Origin: Acidaminococcaceae bacterium
Lineage (GTDB): Bacteria; Bacteroidota; Bacteroidia; Bacteroidales; Paludibacteraceae
Direction: 5' to 3'
NCBI GenBank assembly: GCA_963620225.1
Contig: CAVEZM010000005.1
Span: 20,893 to 84,892, forward strand
DNA length: 64,000 nucleotides
Shown here: positions 9,799 to 19,461 of the stretch, piece after piece
Numbering within the stretch: position 1 is the first letter of the stretch
Layout: the number at the start of each line of letters is the position of its first letter
Made by a program: the position numbers and the translations under genes
The notes under the pieces: model-generated
Seen by the model: the letters and a program-made list of their open reading frames with translations, nothing else
The model's database searches: none
What the model was told of the DNA's origin: nothing

Positions 9799-12639
9799 TT
9801 ATTTGTTCAATACGAATGAAGCAATGAGGTTCCTGTCACCCCACCCATTATCCACACGAGCCACAGGTATCCAAAACTTATTGTCTTTTACCCACTGGGT
9901 CGGATAAGCAGCCTTCTGACGACTATAGAGATGATGCCACTCATCCGATACCACTTCATACTCAGGATGCGGGGCATTGAGCAGTACATTGTCTAACTTG
10001 TCAGCAACACCACTCTCTATCTCCGCAATCTCTGCGCGTATAGTCAACAAGGCATCTATAAACTTGTCTAACTCTTCCTTACTCTCACTCTCTGTCGGCT
10101 CAATCATCAATGTGCCATGAACAGGGAAAGACAAAGTAGGTGCATGGTATCCGAAGTCCATCAGTCGTTTGGCTATATCCGACTCGGTGATGCCGATAGC
10201 ATGGAACTGACGACAGTCAAGTATCAACTCATGTCCTACCCGACCATGGACACCCGTATAGACGATACCGTACGCATCTTTGAGTTTCGATGCCATATAG
10301 TTGGCACTAAGAATGGCAACAGCCGTAGCATCACGCAATCCTGACTCACCCATCATACGTATATAACCGTATGAGATGAGAGCCATATTAGCATTGCCAT
10401 ACAGCGCACTCGACACGCGGTTCTTATCTTCCGTCGGCATACAAGAAGCCAGATGCTTGGCACAACATATAGCACCCACACCCGGACCGCCACCTCCATG
10501 AGGACTGGCAAAAGACTTGTGTAAGTTCAGGTGACAGACATCTGCACCTATCGTTCCGGGGTTCGTATATCCTATCTGTGCGTTCATATTCGCACCATCC
10601 ATATACACCTGCCCCCCACAGTCATGTATAACCTGACACATCTCACGGATAGCCATCTCAAATATACCATGTGTAGAGGGATAGGTAATCATACATCCTG
10701 CTATATGCTCCGCATTATCTTCGGCTTTCTGACGCCAATCTGCTAAGTCGGTGTTACCATTCTCGTCACACTTGACAACCAATGGGATAAAACCTGCCTG
10801 CACACACGAAGCAGGATTGGTACCATGAGCAGATGCAGGTATCAATAGGATATTACGTTGCGCCTGCCCTTGCTGGTGCAAATACTCCCGTATAGTTACC
10901 AATCCCGTGTATTCACCTGCAGCACCCGAAGTAGGTTGCAGATTGCATGCTGCAAAACCGGTGATAGTTGCCAACTGTTGCTCCAAATCTTCCATTACCT
11001 CACGATAACCCTCAACCTGATTGGACGGAGACAACGGATGTACGTTCATAAATCCGGGGAAAGTCACAGGTATCATTGCAGCAGCAGGATTCAACTTCAT
11101 GGTACATGACCCGAGAGGAATCATAGAATGGGTCAGACTGATGTCTTTACGCTCCAAGCGCTTCAGATAGCGCATCATCTCCGTCTCTGTATGATAAGAC
11201 TGGAACACATCTGCCTGCAAGTAATCTACCGGACGCACTTTATCCTCCGCAATAGCCCACAGATTAACGAAAGCATCCTCTGAATCCTCGTACTGCGCTA
11301 TATTGCCACTAACCTGCGCAAACAAGTCCATGATATCATTCATATCATCCACCGTCACAGTCTCATCAACACTCAACCCTATCCAGCCACTGGCATCATA
11401 GTACAAGTTAATACCCATACTCTCTGCTGCATCACGAACCTGCTGTACGGTTGAGTTGACAGGTCTGATCTTCAGAGTGTCAAAGAACTCGGTATTCTCC
11501 TGCTCAAAACCATAGGCTTGTAACATCTCGCTCAAATAGACAGCCTTGCCGTGTATCCCCTCTGCTATCTCTCGGATACCTGCAGCACCATGATAGACTC
11601 CGTACATACCTGCCATGACTGCAGACAAGGCCTCTGCTGTACAGATATTAGAGGTGGCCTTCTCACGCTTGATATGCTGCTCGCGCGTCTGCAGAGCCAA
11701 ACGATATGCCGGATGATCATGCGCATCTTTGCTCAAACCTATGATGCGGCCGGGAAGCTCACGCTTATACTCCTCACGCGTCGCCATGTAACCTGCAGTA
11801 GGACCACCAAAACCCATCGCCAAACCAAAACGTTGTGCAGTACCACACAGGATATCTGCATCTACTGGCTTCAGCAATGCCATACTCATCAAATCAGCAA
11901 TGACCGCTACCTTCATGCCGGCTGCATGACAATCTGCTATGAAAGCACTATAGTCCTCTACCGAACCATCTGCATTAGGCAACTGCATAATAGCACCAAA
12001 GAAAGCACCATTCTTGGCAAGCCACGCAGCATCCACCTGCTCATAATTGACCATCACCAACTCTATTCCCTGCCCCGCAGCACGAGTACGCATCACACTC
12101 AACGTGTTGGGGAATATGCGCTTATCCACCAACACCTTATGTACGTCTGCCTTGACTTGCTCACGTGAACGCAAGTTACGCATCATCGTCACAGCCTCGG
12201 CTGCCGCAGTAGCCTCATCCAACAGACTACAGTTAGCCAACGGCAGTCCTGTCAAGTCCGCTATCATCGTCTGGAAAACAAACAAAGCCTCCAAACGCCC
12301 CTGACTAACCTCTGCCTGATAAGGAGTATAAGAGGTGTACCATACCGGATTCTCAAGGATGTTACGCTGAATAACTGCAGGGGTTATGGTGCCGTACCAA
12401 CCACGCCCTATATAAGAACGAAACATCTGGTTCTTCTGTGACATCTGATACATGGTACTCAGATGCTCCTGCTCGGTCAGAGGCTCATCCAAATCCAAGG
12501 GCTCAGATAATAGGATATCACCCGGCATAGTCTGAGCTATCAACTCATCTACACTGTTAGCACCAATGGCAGCCAACATCTGCTGCTGCTCAACATCTGC
12601 AAGGCCTATATGCCTTGATTTAAGGTAGTTTGTTTTCAC
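9799..12639 (-). CDS. gcvP: glycine dehydrogenase (decarboxylating), single-chain P protein
   Basis: It resembles GcvP over its full length, including the PLP-lysine motif NLHKSFASPHGGGGPG. I set the start to the in-frame GTG at 12639 (VKTNYLKSRHIGL) because the 24-codon extension in the ORF track contains the promoter box. Confidence 0.95.
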   Translation of the reverse strand: MKTNYLKSRHIGLADVEQQQMLAAIGANSVDELIAQTMPGDILLSEPLDLDEPLTEQEHLSTMYQMSQKNQMFRSYIGRGWYGTITPAVIQRNILENPVWYTSYTPYQAEVSQGRLEALFVFQTMIADLTGLPLANCSLLDEATAAAEAVTMMRNLRSREQVKADVHKVLVDKRIFPNTLSVMRTRAAGQGIELVMVNYEQVDAAWLAKNGAFFGAIMQLPNADGSVEDYSAFIADCHAAGMKVAVIADLMSMALLKPVDADILCGTAQRFGLAMGFGGPTAGYMATREEYKRELPGRIIGLSKDAHDHPAYRLALQTREQHIKREKATSNICTAEALSAVMAGMYGVYHGAAGIREIAEGIHGKAVYLSEMLQAYGFEQENTEFFDTLKIRPVNSTVQQVRDAAESMGINLYYDASGWIGLSVDETVTVDDMNDIMDLFAQVSGNIAQYEDSEDAFVNLWAIAEDKVRPVDYLQADVFQSYHTETEMMRYLKRLERKDISLTHSMIPLGSCTMKLNPAAAMIPVTFPGFMNVHPLSPSNQVEGYREVMEDLEQQLATITGFAACNLQPTSGAAGEYTGLVTIREYLHQQGQAQRNILLIPASAHGTNPASCVQAGFIPLVVKCDENGNTDLADWRQKAEDNAEHIAGCMITYPSTHGIFEMAIREMCQVIHDCGGQVYMDGANMNAQIGYTNPGTIGADVCHLNLHKSFASPHGGGGPGVGAICCAKHLASCMPTEDKNRVSSALYGNANMALISYGYIRMMGESGLRDATAVAILSANYMASKLKDAYGIVYTGVHGRVGHELILDCRQFHAIGITESDIAKRLMDFGYHAPTLSFPVHGTLMIEPTESESKEELDKFIDALLTIRAEIAEIESGVADKLDNVLLNAPHPEYEVVSDEWHHLYSRQKAAYPTQWVKDNKFWIPVARVDNGWGDRNLIASFVLNK

Positions 12640-12669
12640 AATATCGTTGTTTATTCCTGATAACGGCGG

Positions 12670-12677
12670 CAAAGGTA
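12670..12677 (-). promoter_or_regulatory. -7 promoter box TACCTTTG of gcvP
   Basis: It matches TAnnTTTG on the minus strand, 30 nt upstream of the GTG at 12639 and inside the over-extended ORF. Confidence 0.6.
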
Positions 12678-12796
12678 CTACTTTTAACCAATATACACAA
12701 CCAGCCTGCATTTTTTATCTTGCACCTGACAACAGCCCCTAAAAACCACACCAACGAAGCAAATACCATATATGTCACGTAATTGACCCGATATCT

Positions 12797-12851
12797 ACGG
12801 TAGATATACGGTTGATACACGGTAGATATACGGTAGATACACGGTCGATAA
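12797..12851. repeat. tandem 11-bp direct repeat, 5 units
   Basis: The units are ACGGTAGATAT, ACGGTTGATAC, ACGGTAGATAT, ACGGTAGATAC and ACGGTCGATAA, read directly and contiguous. Positions 12791-12807 also form the palindrome ATATCTAC-G-GTAGATAT. Confidence 0.95.
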
Positions 12852-13026
12852 CCTATACTACTACCAGGGATCTACCTACAAAGTAGTACTAAGTTGAATA
12901 CCTATCTCTGATACACATACCCATCAATCGTTACTGACTCTATTCATTTTTGCCCTCTCCTGTACATTCTGTTGGTTGCGTAGTGGTCTCATAACACGCT
13001 GCACGAACAAAGCCACAAATTGTAAA

Positions 13027-13731
13027 CTACTCCTCTGCTGCTTCTTGCTCAAGAGCATGCCAGAGGTTATCATCTGGTACGGGAGCCGTGATAAGGATAG
13101 GCTGCTTGCTGACAGGGTGTATAAACTCGACCTGCCGCGCATGCAAGGATATACCGCCATCAGGATTACTACGCTTGGCACCATACTTGAGGTCGCCCTT
13201 GATAGGACACCCTATAGCCGCTAACTGACAACGTATCTGATGGTGACGACCGGTCTCCAAGTTGATCGCAACAAGTGTATAATGATCCCCATATGCTATC
13301 GTCTTGTACGTAAGAACAGCCCTTTTGGCTTCTTTGTCTATAGGTTGCCCGGACTTATCCAACCTTGCTATATACGATTTGTTCTGTTGCTCATTACGAA
13401 CTATGTAGTTCTCTAACCGTCCCTCTGCAGGTTGAGGTGACGAATGAGTGATAGCCCAATACGTCTTGCGTATCTGTTCGTGTGACTTGAACATCTCATT
13501 GAGTCGGACAAGTGCCTTACTCGTCCTGGCAAACAGCACTACTCCACTCGTGGGGCGATCAAGACGATGGGTGACACCTAAAAAGACCTCACCCGGCTTG
13601 TGATACTTCTCCTTGATATACGCCTTCACCAACTCGGACAAAGGTCTGTCACCCGTCTTGTCGCCTTGTACTATCTCATTACACGTCTTGTTTACGGCAA
13701 TGATATGATTGTCCTCATATAGAACTGTCAT
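13027..13731 (-). CDS. RluA-family pseudouridine synthase
   Basis: It has the catalytic motif HRLDRPTSGVVLFA and the family-typical length. Confidence 0.9.
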   Translation of the reverse strand: MTVLYEDNHIIAVNKTCNEIVQGDKTGDRPLSELVKAYIKEKYHKPGEVFLGVTHRLDRPTSGVVLFARTSKALVRLNEMFKSHEQIRKTYWAITHSSPQPAEGRLENYIVRNEQQNKSYIARLDKSGQPIDKEAKRAVLTYKTIAYGDHYTLVAINLETGRHHQIRCQLAAIGCPIKGDLKYGAKRSNPDGGISLHARQVEFIHPVSKQPILITAPVPDDNLWHALEQEAAEE

Positions 13732-14170
13732 CGTTTCTTATGTTTGTCAAGTCTGTATGTATCTCCCGTAAAGGCACCATCACAAAGTCACGCTGTTGCA
13801 TGTATGGATGAGGGAGCGTGAGCGTATGATTGGACATACGCACAGGCAAACCATTGTCATCATAGTAGAGCAACAAGTCAATATCAATGATACGATCGTG
13901 ATACTCCCCGTCCACAGATTTGGAAGTCCTACCCATAGCCTCCTCGATAGACTGTGTCACACTGAGCAACTGCAAAGGGGAAAGCATCGTATGATACGAC
14001 ACAACGATATTCTCAAACGCATTGGACGAAACAAAACCCTGAGGTTGACTGTGATATACCGACGAGCAGCGGATCTGCTGCCCAACACGTGAGTCTAACC
14101 ACTGCAATGCTGTACACAGGTTAACCGCACGATTGCCTAAATTGGTGCCGATACCTAAGTAACAAGTCAT
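13715..14170 (-). CDS. folK: 2-amino-4-hydroxy-6-hydroxymethyldihydropteridine diphosphokinase
   Basis: HPPK motifs are present (YLGIGTNLGNR, SSVYHSQPQG, DIDLLLY, LPHP). It overlaps the downstream gene by 17 nt. Confidence 0.9.
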   Translation of the reverse strand: MTCYLGIGTNLGNRAVNLCTALQWLDSRVGQQIRCSSVYHSQPQGFVSSNAFENIVVSYHTMLSPLQLLSVTQSIEEAMGRTSKSVDGEYHDRIIDIDLLLYYDDNGLPVRMSNHTLTLPHPYMQQRDFVMVPLREIHTDLTNIRNDDSSI

Positions 14171-15063
14171 CGTGTCTGAGCGACAGAAATAAACTGATAC
14201 TGAATAGACTCACCCATAGCAACAAGCATATAGTATGGCTTCTCATCTTTATCTTCCATCGAGTCCACAATAATGCATGTCAAATCCTTGTACTGCGTCA
14301 CCTCTCTTGAATGATCATGGCCCGTCCACAACATCTCTATATGATGCTTGTTAAATAAGTTCAGAAGACTGTACGTCTCTTCCAAAGTATAATTGGAGGT
14401 ATGACCTTGAGAGGAGTCACGTTTGAAGAAACAGGTGTGAGTACATACCACACGATGACGGAAAGGTTGCTCATCTGCCCATTGTAGCAACCGCTTTAAC
14501 CACGACAACTGCTTACTACCTATCGTACCTTCAGAGGAGTCGAGAACAATAAACAAGTCTTGTTGACCCGATGGGGTGTTGACAGTGAAATAATAAGAAC
14601 CCGTCTTCCAATACTTTAGAAACACATTCCATTGGTTGAAATAAATATCATGGTTCCCTACTAAAGCCATCAATGTGTCATGCTTGGTTGTGTTATGGGG
14701 AATATCAGTCAATGCCGTTGCCATATACTCAAAGTGATTCTGTGCGTTTATCAAATCACCCAAATGTATGGCCACTGGACATAGCACATCAGCACGGTAA
14801 GCACGTATGAAAGTCTCCCAGTTATTACGTGAGAAATCTACATGCGTATCCGTACACACATATACACGATAGTCGTCCTGAGGCGCAGCGATAGCGGCAA
14901 AACCCTGTTGCTCATTGTAGGCTTGTGAGTCTTGGAAACGACAATCGATATTGGGAGATGAACCCGCTACCATACCTACAACATCCAGATTAGTACTGTC
15001 AGGGTCACACGCAGTGAACGAGAACAGAATAGCAAACGAAAATAGAAGATAAGCCTTTTTCAT
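14167..15063 (-). CDS. metallophosphoesterase lipoprotein
   Basis: It has a lipobox (FSFTAC) and calcineurin-like motifs (CTDTHV, GDLIN, GNHD, GHDH). I set the start at MKKAYLL (15063). Confidence 0.8.
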   Translation of the reverse strand: MKKAYLLFSFAILFSFTACDPDSTNLDVVGMVAGSSPNIDCRFQDSQAYNEQQGFAAIAAPQDDYRVYVCTDTHVDFSRNNWETFIRAYRADVLCPVAIHLGDLINAQNHFEYMATALTDIPHNTTKHDTLMALVGNHDIYFNQWNVFLKYWKTGSYYFTVNTPSGQQDLFIVLDSSEGTIGSKQLSWLKRLLQWADEQPFRHRVVCTHTCFFKRDSSQGHTSNYTLEETYSLLNLFNKHHIEMLWTGHDHSREVTQYKDLTCIIVDSMEDKDEKPYYMLVAMGESIQYQFISVAQTR

Positions 15064-15085
15064 AATCGTAATCATTAATCAGTGA

Positions 15086-15793
15086 TTAGAATCGATACTC
15101 TGCTCCTACACGCACCTCTGCACCATAGTAAGCAGCATTCAAGTGGAACATACCCGTCGGTTTGCACTCCGCAGAGAGACGAACACGCCAATGCTCTGTA
15201 ACATCATACCAACCACCCAACATAAAGAGAGGTTGCCATACTCTCTCTACCTGGTAGTTGTCCATATTGGCAACACACATACTGATATTCCATACCGACG
15301 TCTGTGGTCGTACGAACACCTCTGCCCGATAAAGCAAATTAAAGGGTTCGCAGATGATGAACTCCGTAGAATGCCACTCATAAGGTTGCGGAATAATAAA
15401 ACGTGTGGACATTCCCAATTGTACACTCACGTACTGCATACGGTATCCAAACGATAAGGTATTGACAGCCTCATTGACGGCATCAGAAGGGAAAAGTCTA
15501 GCCATAATACGGTCCTCAAGAAATAGTTCACCCACAGGAAGAGCAAACTTGGGACGTAACTGAACACCCATAGCATACGTGTTAGCAGTACTCATACGCA
15601 CATTGGCTTGCATCTCAAAGTACGGGGTAACAGGCATAAAAGCATCTATGTCAAAGTTTCCCATAGAACCGTAAGTCAGGTTATGCCCATAGCCTGCATG
15701 AAAGGAGATAGAATATGTACTGTCCCCTGATTGAACCTGTGCCACTGCCATAAGTGGCACGAAAATAAGGAATAATAACGATTTCTTTTTCAT
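15086..15793 (-). CDS. outer-membrane beta-barrel protein of unknown function
   Basis: It has a signal peptide (MAVAQVQ), an alternating aromatic/hydrophobic strand pattern and a C-terminal YRF. Confidence 0.55.
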   Translation of the reverse strand: MKKKSLLFLIFVPLMAVAQVQSGDSTYSISFHAGYGHNLTYGSMGNFDIDAFMPVTPYFEMQANVRMSTANTYAMGVQLRPKFALPVGELFLEDRIMARLFPSDAVNEAVNTLSFGYRMQYVSVQLGMSTRFIIPQPYEWHSTEFIICEPFNLLYRAEVFVRPQTSVWNISMCVANMDNYQVERVWQPLFMLGGWYDVTEHWRVRLSAECKPTGMFHLNAAYYGAEVRVGAEYRF

Positions 15794-18120
15794 AATTCTA
15801 CAATGGTTATACCTGCTCCACCTCGGTCAATATCGCCATCATGAAAAGTGATAGTGCCTGTGCCTGAGCGTTGCATCGACTTCTGTCGTTGTGTGAGATA
15901 TTCTCGTATCGTTTGTTTCAATGCTCCCGTCCCTGTACCATGCAAGATAGTCACTTGTTCCGCACCTACCATGATAGCATCATCTATATAGGCTATCGTT
16001 GCCTCAAGAGCCTCATCGGTACGCAAACCCCGAAGGTCCAACTCACGAGAGAAAGACAACTTGCGACGGCGCATCGCATCCGCTATACTACTCGTCTTGA
16101 GTGGGCGGCTTGTAGTGGGAGACTCCTGAATGAGACGTGACGGATTCTTGGCCAACACCTTTAACTCACTCAGATCACGCAACACCTTGTCTTGTCTGAC
16201 AGGTTTCACGGGAAGGACTCGCTTATCCGTTTCAGCAACGCGTGTCTTAAGCCGTTCGACACGTTTACGTGCCTGGCGGGTAGCATCCTTCTCTGCCTTT
16301 GCCTCTTTTATCTCACGTATGGTACGCTCTATAGTCGCATTACTCTGTTGAAGGATGTCTGCAGCCTGCTGGTTGGCATGGTCTAAAATATCCTTACGCT
16401 TCTGCTTGAGAGAGGCTATCTCTGACTCGTAATAGGCTATCCGCTCCTCCAAATGCTTCTCGCGCTGGCGGATAGTCTGACGCTTATTCTCCCAATATCG
16501 CTTGTCACGCGCAATGTCCTGCAGTTGCTTGTCATAGTCTATATGTTCCTCACCTGCAATATCGGTAGCACACCGTATGATACTTTCGGGTAGTCCTGTC
16601 TGCCTCGCTATCTCGATAGCGAAACTGCTGCCTGCTTGACCTATGGACAGTTGGAAAAGGGGCTTGAATTGACCTCGGTCATACAACATAGCACCATTGA
16701 CTATTCCAGGTGTGCGTTCTGCAAGATGCTTGAGATTGGTATAGTGTGTGGTGATCACTCCATAGGCACCTTGCCGATTTAACTGCACAAGGATAGCCTC
16801 TGCAATAGCACCACCTATCAGAGGTTCAGTGCCTGTACCAAACTCATCAATGAGCAAAAGAGTGTGCGTATCGGCATAACGCACAAAATACTTCATGTTT
16901 CTAAGGTGCGAGGAATAAGTGGACAAATCGTCATCTATAGACTGCTCATCACCTATGTCCAGCATCAGTTGCTGAAATACTCCCGCCTCGCTGGACTCAT
17001 GGACGGGTACTGGCAACCCACACTGTAGCATATACTGCAGTATAGCAACCGTCTTAAGACACACGGACTTGCCTCCGGCGTTCGGACCACTGATAACCAA
17101 TATATGCTGCTCATCTTGCAGACGTAATGTGAGCGGCACAACAACCTTGTTCTGTTTGCAGAAGTTTAACCACAAGACCGGATGCCTTGCCTCTATCCAA
17201 TGCAGTTGGGGCTTATCGGTTATGATAGGTACGATGGCCTTTAGTTCTTGTGAAAAGAGAGCTTTGGCACGCAAGAAATCCACATCGCCAAGAAAAGCAC
17301 TTGCATGGAGTATGTCTCGAACGCACGGTCGGATAGTATCAGTTATCGATTGCAGAATACGCACACGCTCCCGACGCTCTGCTCCCTCCAACTCGCGTAT
17401 GTGATTATTTGTCTCAACGACTTGTTGGGGCTCGACAAAAACCGTCTTGCCTGACGCAGACTCATCATGCACAATACCGCCTATACGACGTTTGTATGCA
17501 GGAGGGACAGGCAGTACCAAACGCCCCTCACGCAACGTAGGAGTCACGTCCTTGTCCAGAATACCTTCCGACTGAGCCTGGCGAAGTATGGCATTCAGAA
17601 CACGACCAACAGAACCTTGTGACTCCACTATCTCATGCCGTATACGCGCCAACTCAGGCGATGCAGAGTCCTTCAACTGCCCATACCGGTCTAAAACACG
17701 ATCAATAGATAAGACAATATGCGACAGATTGCCATCATCACCAGCTGTCCATCGGCTCAGTATAGGGAAACGTACTGTGTCAAGATTATGGAAGAAACGC
17801 TCTAACTCAACGACATAGTCAAGTGTCTTGCGTAGTGAGAATAGTTCTGCCTCGTCAAGGAACAACCCCTCAATACGTATGCGCGACAGAGCCTCACGCA
17901 AGTCATATATCTCACCTTTGGGAAACGATATCGATACATCACTGTATATATCCATCATCTCACGGACTTGCAAGAGAAGGTCTTGGATGGTTTGATAGTC
18001 CGTCAACCAATGCATCGCATCCACCCGCTCCTGACCAAGTGATGAAAGACAATGCCGATAGAGATTCGTGCGAATGACTTGAAAGTCAATCTTCTGTTCT
18101 ATGTTATCCGGATATGTCAC
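15790..18120 (-). CDS. mutS2: endonuclease MutS2 (MutS domain V plus a C-terminal Smr domain)
   Basis: It has Walker A GPNAGGKS, LIDEFGTGTEP and an Smr tail (LDLRGLRTDEA...ILHGTGTGALK). The GTG start shares one base with the stop of the upstream gene. Confidence 0.95.
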   Translation of the reverse strand: MTYPDNIEQKIDFQVIRTNLYRHCLSSLGQERVDAMHWLTDYQTIQDLLLQVREMMDIYSDVSISFPKGEIYDLREALSRIRIEGLFLDEAELFSLRKTLDYVVELERFFHNLDTVRFPILSRWTAGDDGNLSHIVLSIDRVLDRYGQLKDSASPELARIRHEIVESQGSVGRVLNAILRQAQSEGILDKDVTPTLREGRLVLPVPPAYKRRIGGIVHDESASGKTVFVEPQQVVETNNHIRELEGAERRERVRILQSITDTIRPCVRDILHASAFLGDVDFLRAKALFSQELKAIVPIITDKPQLHWIEARHPVLWLNFCKQNKVVVPLTLRLQDEQHILVISGPNAGGKSVCLKTVAILQYMLQCGLPVPVHESSEAGVFQQLMLDIGDEQSIDDDLSTYSSHLRNMKYFVRYADTHTLLLIDEFGTGTEPLIGGAIAEAILVQLNRQGAYGVITTHYTNLKHLAERTPGIVNGAMLYDRGQFKPLFQLSIGQAGSSFAIEIARQTGLPESIIRCATDIAGEEHIDYDKQLQDIARDKRYWENKRQTIRQREKHLEERIAYYESEIASLKQKRKDILDHANQQAADILQQSNATIERTIREIKEAKAEKDATRQARKRVERLKTRVAETDKRVLPVKPVRQDKVLRDLSELKVLAKNPSRLIQESPTTSRPLKTSSIADAMRRRKLSFSRELDLRGLRTDEALEATIAYIDDAIMVGAEQVTILHGTGTGALKQTIREYLTQRQKSMQRSGTGTITFHDGDIDRGGAGITIVEL

Positions 18121-18407
18121 TACCCTAATAATCGAATATCTTTTAACACCTCTGCCTGCACAGCATCATTGAGTTTCTGTACAATAGCGTATCGGCATTC
18201 AAAGAGTTGGGCACGCAAGGCGGCGGAATGGATATGGACAAACAAGACCCCGTTCTTGACACGTATATCACCCGTCAGTTGAGCAACAGCTGAACCCAAC
18301 ACCTCCGGCCATACTTCAATAACCTTATGCTCCAACAACGGCTGCTCCAACGTAGTACCATGTATATACTCCGCCAACAACTCTCCTATGCTACGGGCTT
18401 TTTGCAT
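18120..18407 (-). CDS. DUF721 (DciA-like) small protein
   Basis: At 95 aa, its size and pattern (IGELL...VWPEVLG...T....VKNGVLFVHIHSAALRAQL) are typical of DUF721 proteins. Confidence 0.6.
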   Translation of the reverse strand: MQKARSIGELLAEYIHGTTLEQPLLEHKVIEVWPEVLGSAVAQLTGDIRVKNGVLFVHIHSAALRAQLFECRYAIVQKLNDAVQAEVLKDIRLLG

Positions 18408-18410
18408 GGC

Positions 18411-19397
18411 TCAACGCAGATCCAACCTCTGATAGGTAGTCAGTGGCGTACCATAAGGGATACCATTGATACCGTATAGACACTTCAGTTTGATACCATA
18501 CTTCTGTGCTAAACCCCATGCCGTGTCACCGGGTCTGATATAACATGACGGATGCTTACGATCTGCACGATGCTTCTTCGCATAGATATACACCATATCC
18601 CCAGGCTCTAACTCCCGCATATCAAGCGCATCATTATAACGCCGCAAAGTGCGCTCGTACATGTTCAGAAAAGCAGCCAGCGAGGCAAAACTCTCGCCAG
18701 GCTCTGCCACAATGTACCGAACACCATTGCGATAACCCGAACGATGGTTATGGAACATGGACAACTTCTCCATAGGAGGAGAAGCATAGTCTTCCAACTC
18801 CCCTTGATCTGCAAAAGCAATAGCGGTATCAGCCACAGTACTATCCCACAACGTATCCTGTGCCGTGACAGCACCCGATGCGATAAGTACCGTATCAAAC
18901 GTCAACTGTTGCAAGTCATACTGCTCGATGATACGTATCAGTTTCTCAGGATACTTGGGATCAGTCGCATAACCGCAAGCCTTCAAACCGTAAGCCCAAT
19001 TACGATAGTCGCCTATGGGCAAACTGAATAAACTCTCATACCGCTTGCGTAGTAAAAACAACGAGTGATCCTCGTATGAACCAACAACATCAGCATAGCG
19101 ACGGAAACACTCATTAGACCGATCGTCATCATAATGATAGGTGCGACCCGGCCAATCAGATGTACACTTGATACCAAAATGATTATTAGCCTGAGTAGCC
19201 AACTCGGACTTACCGGCTGCTGACTCCAACAACCCCTGCGCCATAGTAACGGCAGCAGGTATGCGATGCTTGCGCTGCTGCTCTATAGCCAAGTCCTTGT
19301 ACTTCGCTATATAGTCTAAATAGGTAGAACTCAACGTTTGCCCACATACACACAACGACAACAAACAGACCGACACTATAGAAAAAAGACGTTTCAT
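18411..19397 (-). CDS. secreted peptidoglycan hydrolase (glucosaminidase domain plus C-terminal LysM)
   Basis: The start is set at MKRLFSIVSVCLL (ATG at 19397), which gives a signal peptide and sits 16 nt downstream of a TACCTTTG box. Glucosaminidase motifs are present (AQGLLESAAGKSELA, NNHFGIK), and the tail is LysM-like (GDTAWGLAQKYGI). Confidence 0.85.
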   Translation of the reverse strand: MKRLFSIVSVCLLSLCVCGQTLSSTYLDYIAKYKDLAIEQQRKHRIPAAVTMAQGLLESAAGKSELATQANNHFGIKCTSDWPGRTYHYDDDRSNECFRRYADVVGSYEDHSLFLLRKRYESLFSLPIGDYRNWAYGLKACGYATDPKYPEKLIRIIEQYDLQQLTFDTVLIASGAVTAQDTLWDSTVADTAIAFADQGELEDYASPPMEKLSMFHNHRSGYRNGVRYIVAEPGESFASLAAFLNMYERTLRRYNDALDMRELEPGDMVYIYAKKHRADRKHPSCYIRPGDTAWGLAQKYGIKLKCLYGINGIPYGTPLTTYQRLDLR

Positions 19398-19413
19398 ACT
19401 GTTGATTTTGCCG

Positions 19414-19421
19414 CAAAGGTA
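19414..19421 (-). promoter_or_regulatory. -7 promoter box TACCTTTG
   Basis: It lies on the minus strand upstream of the ATG at 19397 and heads the long minus-strand gene string 19397-13027. Confidence 0.6.
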
Positions 19422-19453
19422 CAAAAACATTTGGACGTGAACAAGAAAAGCAC

Positions 19454-19461
19454 TACCTTTG
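19454..19461 (+). promoter_or_regulatory. -7 promoter box TACCTTTG
   Basis: It lies on the plus strand, 24 nt upstream of the ATG at 19486 and back-to-back with the box at 19414-19421. Confidence 0.6.

Noticed and set aside
9848-9856. Perfect DnaA-box 9-mers (TTATCCACA) occur here and at 22988-22996, raising the question of a replication origin.
   Set aside because: The two copies are 13 kb apart, and both lie inside coding sequence (gcvP and susD-like). There is no cluster, no AT-rich unwinding element and no dnaA/dnaN context. This is close to chance expectation for a 9-mer in 128 kb of two-strand sequence.
12640-12711. I looked for a glycine riboswitch in front of gcvP.
   Set aside because: Only about 25 nt separate the -7 box from the start codon. 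None of the conserved glycine-aptamer sequence blocks is visible upstream.
12620-12820. A 66-aa ORF runs across the gcvP promoter and into the 11-bp repeat array.
   Set aside because: It overlaps the promoter box, and its N-terminus is simply the translated tandem repeat (YIYRRYRVNYVTY). Nothing supports it as a gene.
12797-12851. I considered whether the 11-bp tandem repeat is a CRISPR array.
   Set aside because: The units are contiguous with no spacers and are far shorter than CRISPR repeats. No cas genes are present in the window.
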